From a virus (Duplodnaviria > Caudoviricetes), in the IMG/VR virus record IMGVR_UViG_3300042318_000011, positions 1 through 25,649 of that record: a stretch of 25,649 nucleotides of DNA; one strand, 5' to 3'. The translations under genes were made by a program, and so were the position numbers. This document shows positions 9,189 through 18,800 of the stretch, piece by piece. The notes under the pieces were generated by a model. That model was not told the DNA's origin, made no database searches, and saw only the letters and a list, made by a program, of their open reading frames with translations. How positions within the stretch are numbered: position 1 is the first letter of the stretch; every line of letters starts with the position of its first letter.

Positions 9189-10271
9189 TTAAACAACATA
9201 TCCCGCATCCTTCAATACATCATGGACATTCTCAGAAACAACATAGATTTGCCCTGGTTGTAGACTGTAGGACTCGGTGCCGATGTCTGCTTTGACTTTG
9301 CGGTTCACTTGGATTTCAACAGTAACTTTGGGGGGTTCCCACTCTGGGTTGTCTAGCAGGGTGCCTTCAGGGATGAGTGACAATAGTTTGCGGGTGGCGT
9401 TAGACCATGAGAATGTTTTGGTTTCGGGGATGCGAGAAATAGCAACCTGCTTAATGGAGCCACGGTTGGTGTATGCCTCCATCATCAGTTCTTCCAGTAT
9501 CTTCTGGTTGGGTTCATCCCACTGCCCTGTTGTCTCCGCTTTGGATTTACCGCATGGAACTACCCCGAAGGCAAGATGAGCGAACTGGGCTTGTCCTGTG
9601 CTGTCTGACACGATTGTAGGGATACCGCTGGCAATAGCCTGCAACGGCATAAGTCCGAAACCTTCGCCACGAGCGGGAGCCACAAAACAATCTGCTTTGT
9701 TATACCAAGACCGTTGTTCTTCGGGGGTCATCCATGTTCTGTTGAGAAACACTTTGTCGCCAAGGTTGTGGCTGGGGACATCTTGTGCATGGGGGGCTGC
9801 TTTGATGTGTAGTTCAGCGTCGGGAAGGTTCAAAGCGTTGAAGGCTTTGACAAGGATGTCCATTCCTTTGCGTTTCCATAACGACCCGCCACCTTGGAAA
9901 CGAAACACCCCATCAGGTTTAGGCATTGGTTTCCAAAATTTATGGTCCACCCCCAATGGGCAGTAGGAAACATCGTTATGAAACTGACTGAACAGTTCTA
10001 CATTATGTTCGCAGGGAACAACCACCTGGTCAAACTGGCTTAACCAATTACAAAAATTATCAGGCAACTCATCGGTTTCCCACATAGAAAACAACACCCG
10101 ATGCTGACCCGTGAACCAACCCTTACACGCATACGGGACCTGCATGTGAACACTTACAGAAGCATGGTCATCCAATGTTACAGACTTAGGAAGCGAATCC
10201 TTAAAACCTTGAAGCATGGAACCATACCCCAACTTAGGGTCATTAAACCCCACCCATGATTGATAGTTCAC
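9189..10271 (-). CDS. Glycosyltransferase family 4 (GT-B fold) with an extra C-terminal small domain
   Basis: MWET, VVVPCEHN, PLGVD, RKGMDILVKAF and ADCFVAPARGEGFGLMPLQAIASGIPTIVS. GTG start in a GTGA overlap. Confidence 0.9.
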   Translation of the reverse strand: MNYQSWVGFNDPKLGYGSMLQGFKDSLPKSVTLDDHASVSVHMQVPYACKGWFTGQHRVLFSMWETDELPDNFCNWLSQFDQVVVPCEHNVELFSQFHNDVSYCPLGVDHKFWKPMPKPDGVFRFQGGGSLWKRKGMDILVKAFNALNLPDAELHIKAAPHAQDVPSHNLGDKVFLNRTWMTPEEQRSWYNKADCFVAPARGEGFGLMPLQAIASGIPTIVSDSTGQAQFAHLAFGVVPCGKSKAETTGQWDEPNQKILEELMMEAYTNRGSIKQVAISRIPETKTFSWSNATRKLLSLIPEGTLLDNPEWEPPKVTVEIQVNRKVKADIGTESYSLQPGQIYVVSENVHDVLKDAGYVV

Positions 10272-10540
10272 AACGGGGCGGGAGTGCCTTCAATTTGGTG
10301 GCGAGAAGTAGCCAACTGCTCAACAGCATGACAGCCGTCAATTGTTTTAGGTTGCAGCCCTTCTTTGCGGAGACGCTTATAAGCAGGCATATCTTTAGAC
10401 CAGTTCTTTTCACGCTGGTTAATATGAGACACCGCTTCGCCTTTGGTGGTGGTGGAGTTAGACCCCATCTGAACCCCCGCTACTCGGCATCCGAAACAAC
10501 CCTCAACATCCAAACCTGGATGTGTTTCCCTATGCTTCAA
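10268..10540 (-). CDS. Hypothetical protein with an H-x3-H-x7-CxxC motif
   Basis: Start reassigned to TTG 10540 (GGAG 6 nt upstream, short overlap with the previous gene), giving 90 aa MKHRETHPGLDVEGCFGC... Confidence 0.65.
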   Translation of the reverse strand: MKHRETHPGLDVEGCFGCRVAGVQMGSNSTTTKGEAVSHINQREKNWSKDMPAYKRLRKEGLQPKTIDGCHAVEQLATSRHQIEGTPAPL

Positions 10541-10787
10541 TGTAGTCTCCGTATCCCGCAGCCCGCAGGTCTGCTTCTTCTTGTGCTGTGATTGGGTGGA
10601 TGTGACCACCGTGGTAGGTAATAGCAACATCTTCTTGTTCTGATGGCTGGAACTCAGTGAAGGAACCGTCGTTCATTTTGAACACATTGCGTCCACGCCG
10701 TCCAGGTCTTAAGACAGCAAGGATGCCACGCTCTCCTGGTAATGCCCAGTTCACATAGTTATCTGTGGGCGGTTTGAAGGTAGTCAT
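10530..10787 (-). CDS. Small hypothetical protein after the major capsid gene (possibly head-associated)
   Basis: 85 aa ending YHGGHIHPITAQEEADLRAAGYGDYIEA. Preceded by a leaderless-type promoter. Confidence 0.7.
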   Translation of the reverse strand: MTTFKPPTDNYVNWALPGERGILAVLRPGRRGRNVFKMNDGSFTEFQPSEQEDVAITYHGGHIHPITAQEEADLRAAGYGDYIEA

Positions 10788-10793
10788 GTCTTA

Positions 10794-10802
10794 AGAATAG
10801 CA
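10794..10802 (-). promoter_or_regulatory. Extended -10 promoter candidate (leaderless)
   Basis: TGC-TATTCT lies 6 nt before ATG 10787, with no SD. It abuts the terminator U-tract. Confidence 0.5.
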
Positions 10803-10829
10803 AAAGCCCCCACCTTTCGGCAGGGGCTT
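10802..10829 (-). terminator. Rho-independent terminator after the major capsid gene
   Basis: AAGCCCCUGCC-GAAA-GGUGGGGGCUUUU: GC-rich stem, GNRA loop, short U tract. Confidence 0.8.
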
Positions 10830-10854
10830 CCGCTTAATTCCTTGTCGGAAATTA

Positions 10855-11835
10855 TTAGGCGTTCGTACCAATGCTGGACGAAGACTCAATACGACGAAGG
10901 GCTTCCTGACGGAATACTGCGTAACCAACGAAGTGCTTCCAACCGACTGGGCGGAAACGCTGGAGCAAGTCTGTGACTGTTCCGTAAACGATGGTTGGCT
11001 GTGCGCCATACTCGCCACCCATAGATACAGCCTTGGCAAGAGCCTGCTGTCCCATGATGAGAGTTCCGTATGCGTCAATGGTTCCTGATGCACCAGAGTT
11101 GTTTGATGCGTCTGCGAACAGAGGGGCACGAGCCGACTCCATGAAGCGTACGCCTTCAAACATACCAATTTCACCGTTGTAAAGAGGCATTGCGTTGGTG
11201 TACTTGTATGAGTCACGCCAACCTGATGCGTCTGTAATACCACGAAGGTCATACGAAACATCTGGGTGGATGAAACCGACATAGTTGCCACCAATTGTTG
11301 GAACATTCGCTCCACGCAATTGAGCCACTGCACGACGGATGTCTTTAGCGGTAAGGGTGTCATCGGTGTTGATTGTTGTACGGCTAGATGGGGCTACTGC
11401 ACCACCTGTTGCGTAAATAACATTTGTTCCAGCCTGGACAGCGTTACGAGCGATGGTGTCAATTGACAAACCAGCGTTGTAACCAACAGCGTTAGCGGCT
11501 ACTGGGTCCACAGGAAGGAAAGACGAAGCACGAAGTTTCGCCGTGGTAACAGTTGCGTTACCGTATTCTTCCAATGTCACAGTAACTTGAGCATCGCTCA
11601 TGGCGACTGGAGTTACATCTTCTGCTTCACCAAGAGCAGTGGTTGCTGCTGCAAGGTCTGCGAAGACTGTGAACTTAACGGATGCACCTGGGTTAGTTGC
11701 GTTTGTTGCTTGAACATCTGCGAACTGGTCAAAGTACATTTCTGGACGAAGGGCAAAGTATGCCAACTTCTCAAAGGCAACCTGGTCAACATTGAGGTTG
11801 GAGGTGCCTGTTTCTGCTGCGTAATAATCAGCCAT
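10855..11835 (-). CDS. Major capsid protein (HK97 fold, N4-gp56-like family)
   Basis: 326 aa with VTVTLEEYGN, YVGFIHPDVSYDLR, GEIGMFEGVRFMES and DLLQRFRPVGWK. Follows the scaffold and precedes a terminator. Confidence 0.92.
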   Translation of the reverse strand: MADYYAAETGTSNLNVDQVAFEKLAYFALRPEMYFDQFADVQATNATNPGASVKFTVFADLAAATTALGEAEDVTPVAMSDAQVTVTLEEYGNATVTTAKLRASSFLPVDPVAANAVGYNAGLSIDTIARNAVQAGTNVIYATGGAVAPSSRTTINTDDTLTAKDIRRAVAQLRGANVPTIGGNYVGFIHPDVSYDLRGITDASGWRDSYKYTNAMPLYNGEIGMFEGVRFMESARAPLFADASNNSGASGTIDAYGTLIMGQQALAKAVSMGGEYGAQPTIVYGTVTDLLQRFRPVGWKHFVGYAVFRQEALRRIESSSSIGTNA

Positions 11836-11870
11836 TTGGGTTTTTCCTTAAATTTTAGAGGGGGGTTTGG

Positions 11871-12329
11871 TTAACCAAGGTTGATACCTTGGGCTTGTGC
11901 CTCTGCAAAAATGTTAGAAATTTCTTCTGCTGACTCAGCGTCCCTGATTCGTTTAACCCAAGATGGTCCTTCAGATGCAGTCTCGGCTCCAGCGGCAATC
12001 CTGTTGGACTGCTGCCATGCTGCCTTGTCTGGGTCTACCTGGACAGGTTGGGGTGTAATCAGTTGTGCTTCTTCTGCGGCTGCCCTGATTGCTTCTGGGG
12101 TTAAGTCACCGTCGTATCCTTTAACGAAATACTTGGCTTGTGGTGAAGCGGGGTCTATCCCTGCTTTTGCAAAAGCCAACTCTCGTTGGGTTACTGCGAA
12201 CTCTGCAACTTGTTTGCGTAGTTCTTTGGCTTCCTTTTCCAGTTGCTTCATCCTTGCACGAACTGGGTTCGTTTCAGATGCTGGCTGGTCGTAGTCGTCT
12301 TCGTTGAAATCTTCTTCAAAATTTGACAT
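11871..12329 (-). CDS. Capsid scaffolding protein
   Basis: Acidic N-terminus, coiled coil (RMKQLEKEAKELRKQ), strong AAGGAG RBS, immediately upstream of the MCP. Confidence 0.75.
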   Translation of the reverse strand: MSNFEEDFNEDDYDQPASETNPVRARMKQLEKEAKELRKQVAEFAVTQRELAFAKAGIDPASPQAKYFVKGYDGDLTPEAIRAAAEEAQLITPQPVQVDPDKAAWQQSNRIAAGAETASEGPSWVKRIRDAESAEEISNIFAEAQAQGINLG

Positions 12330-12454
12330 ATGGCACTCTCCTTAAGTCCACATCACAACGGAGGGCTGTGATGGCTACATATTTACACCCCGTTTTACAA
12401 TCGCTAACTAGGGGGGCTGTTAGCAATGTCTCCCCATCGGGGTCAAGACTTAAG
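12330..12454 (-). promoter_or_regulatory. Structured 5' leader of the scaffold/capsid mRNA (candidate cis-regulatory RNA)
   Basis: Two 9-bp hairpins with G-U pairs that favour the minus strand and C-rich loops, an ACCCCG/CGGGGU helix, and a flanking 8-bp inverted repeat. Confidence 0.6.
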
Positions 12455-12460
12455 TTAGCA
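12452..12460 (-). promoter_or_regulatory. Extended -10 promoter candidate for scaffold/MCP
   Basis: TGC-TAACTT at the start of the largest internal intergenic gap. Confidence 0.5.
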
Positions 12461-12477
12461 CAATGTTTTGTACTGTG

Positions 12478-13350
12478 CTACTGCCCTACTGCGCCTAAAC
12501 CGATGTTGCCTGCTTGACTAGCGAGAAGGCTTCCACCTGCTTGGAACTCTGCTGTGCGTTTCCGTTTACGGGCTTCAATTTTTTGGCGGGCTTCAGCGTT
12601 GGTTCCAAAGACACCAGCAATTTGTTCTTGCTGGGTGATGGCTTGTTCGCCTGATGCTGCTTCTGCTGTGGTTGTACCAAATAGTTGTTGCTGGTTTTGG
12701 ATGTCCATGAATCCAGCCTGCGCTTGTTCTTGGCTTGTCACGCCTGCTCGTACTAGTTCTTCAGACTGTGCTGCCGTCAGTGCGATGTTGGCTTGCTGTT
12801 GTGCTTGGCTTGCTACGACGGCTGCACGGGCTTGACGCTGGGCTTCGTACCTATCAAAAGTTGGCTTTGCTCGCTCTGGGTCAATGAAGTAGGCTGCGAG
12901 GTCGCCTTTCCCAACTCCATACAAACGCTCAAATTGGGATACGACTTCAGGGCTGGCGTTATTTACTGCTTGGTAACCTTGTTCAATGCGACCTTGAATT
13001 TCAAGTGGGGAGGTGTTGTTCGCTATCCAGTTTTGAAAATCTTTCGGGTCATCATAGAAACCTGGGGGCATACCAGAAGAAGAAAGTATGTTTTTAAAAT
13101 CTGCTTCTAGGCGTAAATACTCTGATACGGACTTTTGTCCTTTGCCTGAATCTTTTAGAATTTTGTTAGCAGGGAAGCGTTCGGCAAATGCAGGGCTGTT
13201 CTGCATGGCAACACCAATATCATCAATGGTGGATTTGTCGGAAATTACTTTTCCTGTAAAAAGTGTTTCTACTTCTCCAAGAAACTTTGCATCACTTAAA
13301 CCGTAATACTGTAAAGTTTTTTTAATAATGTCAAATGCTGTGTCAGCCAT
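12478..13350 (-). CDS. Putative internal virion protein
   Basis: 290 aa, helical, with a Gln/Ala-rich C-terminus. Coupled (TAATG) to the upstream gene within the structural operon. Confidence 0.5.
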   Translation of the reverse strand: MADTAFDIIKKTLQYYGLSDAKFLGEVETLFTGKVISDKSTIDDIGVAMQNSPAFAERFPANKILKDSGKGQKSVSEYLRLEADFKNILSSSGMPPGFYDDPKDFQNWIANNTSPLEIQGRIEQGYQAVNNASPEVVSQFERLYGVGKGDLAAYFIDPERAKPTFDRYEAQRQARAAVVASQAQQQANIALTAAQSEELVRAGVTSQEQAQAGFMDIQNQQQLFGTTTAEAASGEQAITQQEQIAGVFGTNAEARQKIEARKRKRTAEFQAGGSLLASQAGNIGLGAVGQ

Positions 13351-15122
13351 TAGATGACCTTTCCAAATGCTTGAGAAATACTAGCCGAAAGACGACGAGC
13401 CTCATCCTTGGCATTCTCTGTAGAACCCCAGTTGTAGCGTGGGTCAGAGCGTAGTTTAATTTCCCACTCACCTGTAGACATCATGCGCTTCTTTCCCTCT
13501 TCACCAAAGTTAAACGCCTGCTCATAGTCAGCCTGACTCATGTCAATAGAGTTCGGGTCTTTCTCTAGGATTCGTGCTGTCTGGTCCCTAAAGGAAGACG
13601 ACAGTTGTTGCATCGTAAAACCTTGTTCTAACAGGTTAGATAGGTGGCTGTATTTTGTTTTGGCTAGTTCACGCTGTTGACGCTCAATGTCTTGTTGAGC
13701 CAGACCACCAGTAAGGACGCTCTGAATTGTCTCGTCTGCAACCGTACTAAAATATGATGTTCCAATTTTAGCGACAGTAAGGTAATCGTTTGAAACCTTG
13801 GCACGGTTAATAGCCGTAGGGTTTACATAAGCACCAGTGTCATCTTTACGGAACGCTTCTTTATAAACCTCTTGCTTGAGCGTTGTGTCTTTCCAACCCA
13901 TGTTCATGGCTTTAGTAAGAAAACTGTTCATTGGTGTTGAGTCAAAAATATCGCCAACCAATGATTTAACTTGACGCACCATATCGGTGGACGCAAGTTC
14001 TTTAACAAACGAGGTGCCTTCAAGTTGCGCTTTGAAACGGGCTAGACCTTCTGGGGTTTTGTAAACTTCACCGTCTATAGATTTTTGAAACAATGTAAAT
14101 ACATCGGCGTATTTAGTGCGGTCAAGGTCAAGCATCCATGATTCGCTTGGGAACATTTCACGGAACTTGGCTTCCCAGTCAACTTTAACTTTAGGAGTTG
14201 CACCGCCACCGCCTGCAGTACCACCAGTACCACCAGTACCACCACTAGGTCTAGTAACTTTTTTAGGGTTGGCTTTATTGTAAGCAGCCATTGACTGTTC
14301 TTCAAACTGGCGAACACCCATAGTGCTAGGTTCAGAAACCGTTTGACCAGCAGAACCAACAGGGGTAGTTACCGCTGGCGTGACACCAATGGTTTTTGTT
14401 TTACTTGGTTGTTTACGAGCAATGTTTTTAACAGAAGTTGGAACAGCCTGACGATTTTTAATAGCATCAACTTCTGCTTGTCGTGCAGTTAAAACAGGTT
14501 CATCAAGAATATCTGTTTTGTTTGTGTAAGCAGCATTAGCAGCACCAGGCTCACCGTATGTTTGGACACGGGTTGTTTCAACAACGCCTTTTTCTATGTA
14601 ACTTTCAGCAAGAGATACCGCTTCAGAAACGGCTTGACCATGAGCATCTGCACCAATTTTGATAAGTGCTGGGATTGCACGGCGGACACTTCTACCTCGT
14701 TCGTTGTTTACAATCGCATCAACATTTTGGACGACACGAACATCATTGTTTTTAGAAAGAAAATCTTCTACCTTTTTCCATGCTTCAAGACTGTCAACAG
14801 AAGATTGGTAATCTTTAACTTCTATATTTTCTGCAACATCTAAAAGTTTTTGGTATGCAACACCTTGTGCGTTTGGTTTAGCGTTCTTACTGTAAGTAGG
14901 ACCGTACTTGCCTTCTCTTTTTTCTTCTTCTTTAATGGCAGCAATCTTTGGGGCTACAGCACTCACCGCTGCATCAAGTTGTGCTTGTGTATAGAACTTC
15001 CCATCAACCGTGTAGCCACGCTTGCTTGTATCGTAAGAAGCACCTTCAAGTTTCTTCTTAAACTTCTCTTGTTCTTTTACTTGGTTCTTGTAAAAGTTGG
15101 GGTTTGGAATATAATCAGCCAT
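13350..15122 (-). CDS. Putative internal virion/ejection protein
   Basis: 590 aa: Lys-rich N-region, Gly-rich linker (GGTGGTGGTAGGGG), and helical C-domain ending LRSDPRYNWGSTENAKDEA. Confidence 0.5.
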   Translation of the reverse strand: MADYIPNPNFYKNQVKEQEKFKKKLEGASYDTSKRGYTVDGKFYTQAQLDAAVSAVAPKIAAIKEEEKREGKYGPTYSKNAKPNAQGVAYQKLLDVAENIEVKDYQSSVDSLEAWKKVEDFLSKNNDVRVVQNVDAIVNNERGRSVRRAIPALIKIGADAHGQAVSEAVSLAESYIEKGVVETTRVQTYGEPGAANAAYTNKTDILDEPVLTARQAEVDAIKNRQAVPTSVKNIARKQPSKTKTIGVTPAVTTPVGSAGQTVSEPSTMGVRQFEEQSMAAYNKANPKKVTRPSGGTGGTGGTAGGGGATPKVKVDWEAKFREMFPSESWMLDLDRTKYADVFTLFQKSIDGEVYKTPEGLARFKAQLEGTSFVKELASTDMVRQVKSLVGDIFDSTPMNSFLTKAMNMGWKDTTLKQEVYKEAFRKDDTGAYVNPTAINRAKVSNDYLTVAKIGTSYFSTVADETIQSVLTGGLAQQDIERQQRELAKTKYSHLSNLLEQGFTMQQLSSSFRDQTARILEKDPNSIDMSQADYEQAFNFGEEGKKRMMSTGEWEIKLRSDPRYNWGSTENAKDEARRLSASISQAFGKVI

Positions 15123-15871
15123 TAGCCAAGTCCTTTAATTACGCTGTCAAAAATGTTTGTCAGGCTCAAAGCACCCATTGCTTGCGCTTCGGCGGGGGCA
15201 GCACCCATGACAGCCTGTTCAGCAGCAACAGAAGCAGTAGGTGCAAATGCTCCACCGCCTGCTTCGTTGGTTTCTTTTTGGTTGTAAGACTTAACAAACT
15301 TTTCAATCTCTTTATCAGACAACTGACGACCTAGAATAGAACCAGCAGCGTTTTTAAACACAGCCCGTAAATCTTCTTTGGGTGTAGTGCGGATACGGTT
15401 GCCACCGTTTGCTACCTTTGGTAGTTCTGTAGCCATTAGGGTTGCAGCAACATCAATTGTGTAGCCACGCCAGTTAGCCCAATTCAAAGCATCCTGCATG
15501 GCTCCAAGGTCTCGGCTTTCAAACCCAGTTTGAGATGGTTTACTGTTGCCGTATAGACCTACTTGGCGTAAACGCTCAAGAAAGTTTTGTCGTTCCTTAA
15601 CTGATTTAAATTCTGCAAGTTGGGCATAGGCTTCGTTGCCGTACTGTGCACGGGAAATGGTGCCAGTTTTATCTACAAGGTTTTGACCTACATACCCTTG
15701 TGGGGTATAGTCCTCTTTTGCTACAACGATTCCTTCAGCAACATTGGTGGCTTGGCGTGGGTTAAGTTTTTGGGTTGGCAGTAAACTGTTGCCCCCGCCA
15801 CTACTCATGACTGCCATCGGTGCAGTCAAGGATGGTTTTTGTGCGTTTGGGTCTGTTGTGTTCTCTGCCAT
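15122..15871 (-). CDS. Putative internal virion protein
   Basis: 249 aa helical ORF coupled between larger structural genes. Confidence 0.5.
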   Translation of the reverse strand: MAENTTDPNAQKPSLTAPMAVMSSGGGNSLLPTQKLNPRQATNVAEGIVVAKEDYTPQGYVGQNLVDKTGTISRAQYGNEAYAQLAEFKSVKERQNFLERLRQVGLYGNSKPSQTGFESRDLGAMQDALNWANWRGYTIDVAATLMATELPKVANGGNRIRTTPKEDLRAVFKNAAGSILGRQLSDKEIEKFVKSYNQKETNEAGGGAFAPTASVAAEQAVMGAAPAEAQAMGALSLTNIFDSVIKGLG

Positions 15872-15872
15872 A

Positions 15873-18800
15873 TTATTGCTCTACCTCGTAAGAAAGAAGT
15901 CTGTCATAGATTCTAGCGAACTCTGGGGTTTCATTAACAAGACTTCTACCCCATTGTGCCAACCATTCACGAAGAGGAGCAGCAGCGTTGGCTGTAGCAA
16001 AGCCACCTTCGGCACCACCAGCCAGAACATACTGGTCTACTGCGTCTTTACGGCGTTCAAGGTATGTCCTGGTTGAATCAGCAATGTCGTTATCTTTCAA
16101 GGATGGTGATTCAAGCATCTTGTTAAGTTTGTCAATTTTGTCTGGGAACTCTCCAGGGTTGAACTGTGCCACAACAGGGAAACCAGGATATTCCTTGTTG
16201 AGTTCAATACGCCATGACCGCAACCAAGCAGACTGCTGGGATGAAGGGTTGGCTGGAAGTTGTTTGCGTAGTTCACGGTACTGGGCAGAACCAGCCTTGT
16301 ATTGGGCAGCGTCAATCATCTCACGGTCTGTAAGTCGTTTTCTTTTGCCTTGGCGTAACTGGCGTGACCATACTTCAAAGGAGAAATCATCTCCGCCTTC
16401 AGCCATGAATCCAGCGACATCGGGGAAGGCTTCCATGATGTCTTTGCCGTCGGTTCGTTCCCAGTCACCGAACTGTTCGCTGGCTTCTAAACCACCAGAT
16501 ACTGACTCGGTTTTGTTGGACAGGTAAAGCAGTGCGTCGTTGCCGTGGATTTCAAGGAATCTTTTAACGGCTGTGTCGTAGTTCTCTGATTGTAGTTTTT
16601 GAAACTCTTTAATTAGTTGGGTGGCGTAAAAGTCGCCAGCCTTAGTTTCAACACCAAACTCTGCTGACGGGCTTGTCGGTCCAATGAATTGTCCCAAGGC
16701 TCTTAAAGCCGTAATGATGCGAGCCTTACTTTTAGCATCAGCCATTAATTTGTTTTTTTCTGATTCGTCGTTTAAATCATATTCACCAGATGAAGACAAC
16801 ACACGAAGCGTTTCCATATATGTATTACCGTATACAGTTTCAAGATTCATTGTGTCGCTACGAACAATTTGGTCTAGTTGGGTCAAAATTCTAGGCATCA
16901 ACTGAACGCCTTTTGTTCTGCCGTAAGGCAGGAGTATGCTTACTATCCAGTCGGTCTTTGGTGTGTCTGGGATTATTCGTGAGGCTAGGTCTTGGAATAC
17001 TGGACCTACGCCTGGGTTGAAGTTGAATCCAAGTGATAAACCTGTCACCTTTGCCTGTAGTGGCGCATCAATACCAGTAGCAAGTTTCATTAAAGAACCT
17101 GAACCTGGGAAGTTAAAACTGTATTTGCCTGTGGTTGCGTCTTGATAGAAAAAACCTTGTCCTTCTTGACCGCCAACAATTCCCATGTCTGCTTTGCGTC
17201 CGCCTTCAAATATGAGTTGGGCACGACGGATACGGGTAGGGTCTTCAACAGCGATGCGGGCGTATGAACCAAGAACTTCTGTCCATGCTGTACCGAATGG
17301 GACAACAATGCGCAGAACATCTTGAAGGTTGTTTCTCGTTGTTGCGTCAAACAAAGCCTCTTTAGAAGACCGCAATGCTACAGCCTTGGCGTAGTTGTCT
17401 AGTTCTTCAAGTGTGCCAGTTGCGTCAGAAGACGATGCTGCTATTTCTTTAAGTTTCTTTAAAGTCTTTTTATCGCCAACATAGTTTTCAGCCTTGATGC
17501 CAAGTTCTTCAACCATGTCATCAATACGATTAAGAAGTTTTTGTGCTTCTTCAGGGGCAAGAAGTTCAGCGCTGTTGGCTACTTCACGATAGTAAAACTG
17601 GCGGAACACTGGGGAGCGTTCAAGTTTCTGTGTGATAGTACCGAACAGGTCTTTAAAGATTTTATCTGTGAAATGGTTTTTAACATCCATTGCTTTTTGA
17701 CCAGCAGATGATGGACCTTCAGATATGCCACGCTCTGCTCGCTTAACTGTTTCAGCAAGTTTTCCTTCAAGACCTTTTTGGTCAATCAATGTACGCAAGT
17801 ATGACGAACCTAAACCGCTTTCAGCAAATGCCGAACCAGGATGTACTTCTTGTACTTTAAGTTCTGTCCCTGTCTTGCTTAAGACAACACCTTCGTTGCC
17901 GTTATCAAGTTTAATAATGGAACCAATGTCGCCTTCGCCTGAAACAAAATCTCTTGGGCGTAGGTCACGGGTGTCTAGAATCTCTGGGCGTACAGCAGTA
18001 AAGGTTCCGTCCATATCTGCGATGGTTACTGGCACTCTGTTGTGTGCAGCGATGATTGTTAGTTCATTATCTCCACGAGCAATTGTGTTTACTTTTGTGG
18101 AGGAAAGTTTATGTACCCATTCAGATAATGTTTCGTCTGATATTTCACCTGGGAATCTTATGTAGCCATAATCGTTGGGGCTACTAGGGTCTACTACTTT
18201 TACCCCTTGCTTTAAATACTCAATAAGTTTTTTTCGTTGTGGAGTGGCAGCAGGGGACTTAAGCCAATCCGCAACTTTAGTTAGTGCTTCTGCTTCTGTG
18301 TCACCAGCAGCCATGAACTTAGCAATTTGCCCATTGATAGGGTCAAAGTTAAGTAGGCGCAAGTTATCTACATAACCAGTTGTGTGCGCTTTAGCATCGG
18401 TAGTGCGGTTAACAGGACTCCAGTTGCCAGTAAGAAGGTTTCTTTCTTGGGCAGCAACAGTGTCTTTATAGTGTTGATTGATGCCGTATGTCATGGCATC
18501 TACATATTCTGGTTGTTCCTTAGCCCATGCACCAGCAAGTTCGTCGGCGGATGCGGTAAAATCATCACCCATCACATCGGCAAATCCTTTACCACGCTTG
18601 ATTGACCAACGAATGTAATCAATAGGGTGGTTGAATATACCATCAAGACCAGTCATGGCAATACGCACTTGCGAGTCAGCCAAGTTACGCATGAGGTACC
18701 CACCAGTTGCAAGCGTTAGTGGTTTCCAAACTTCGTTCTGAACAAACTCTGCAAGGGTCAAAAGACCACGCTGGTCACCAGCCTTATTGGTTGTAGCAAA

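Noticed and set aside
10791-11363. 190-aa minus-strand ORF overlapping the MCP in another frame, considered as a frameshifted capsid extension like T7 10B
   Set aside because: No slippery site was recognised, the extension would be only about 20 aa and would run through the terminator, and the sequence is not protein-like.
11836-11870. C-rich tract CCCCCCTC between scaffold and MCP, resembling the leader loop
   Set aside because: No supporting stem was found and it is too short to distinguish from chance.
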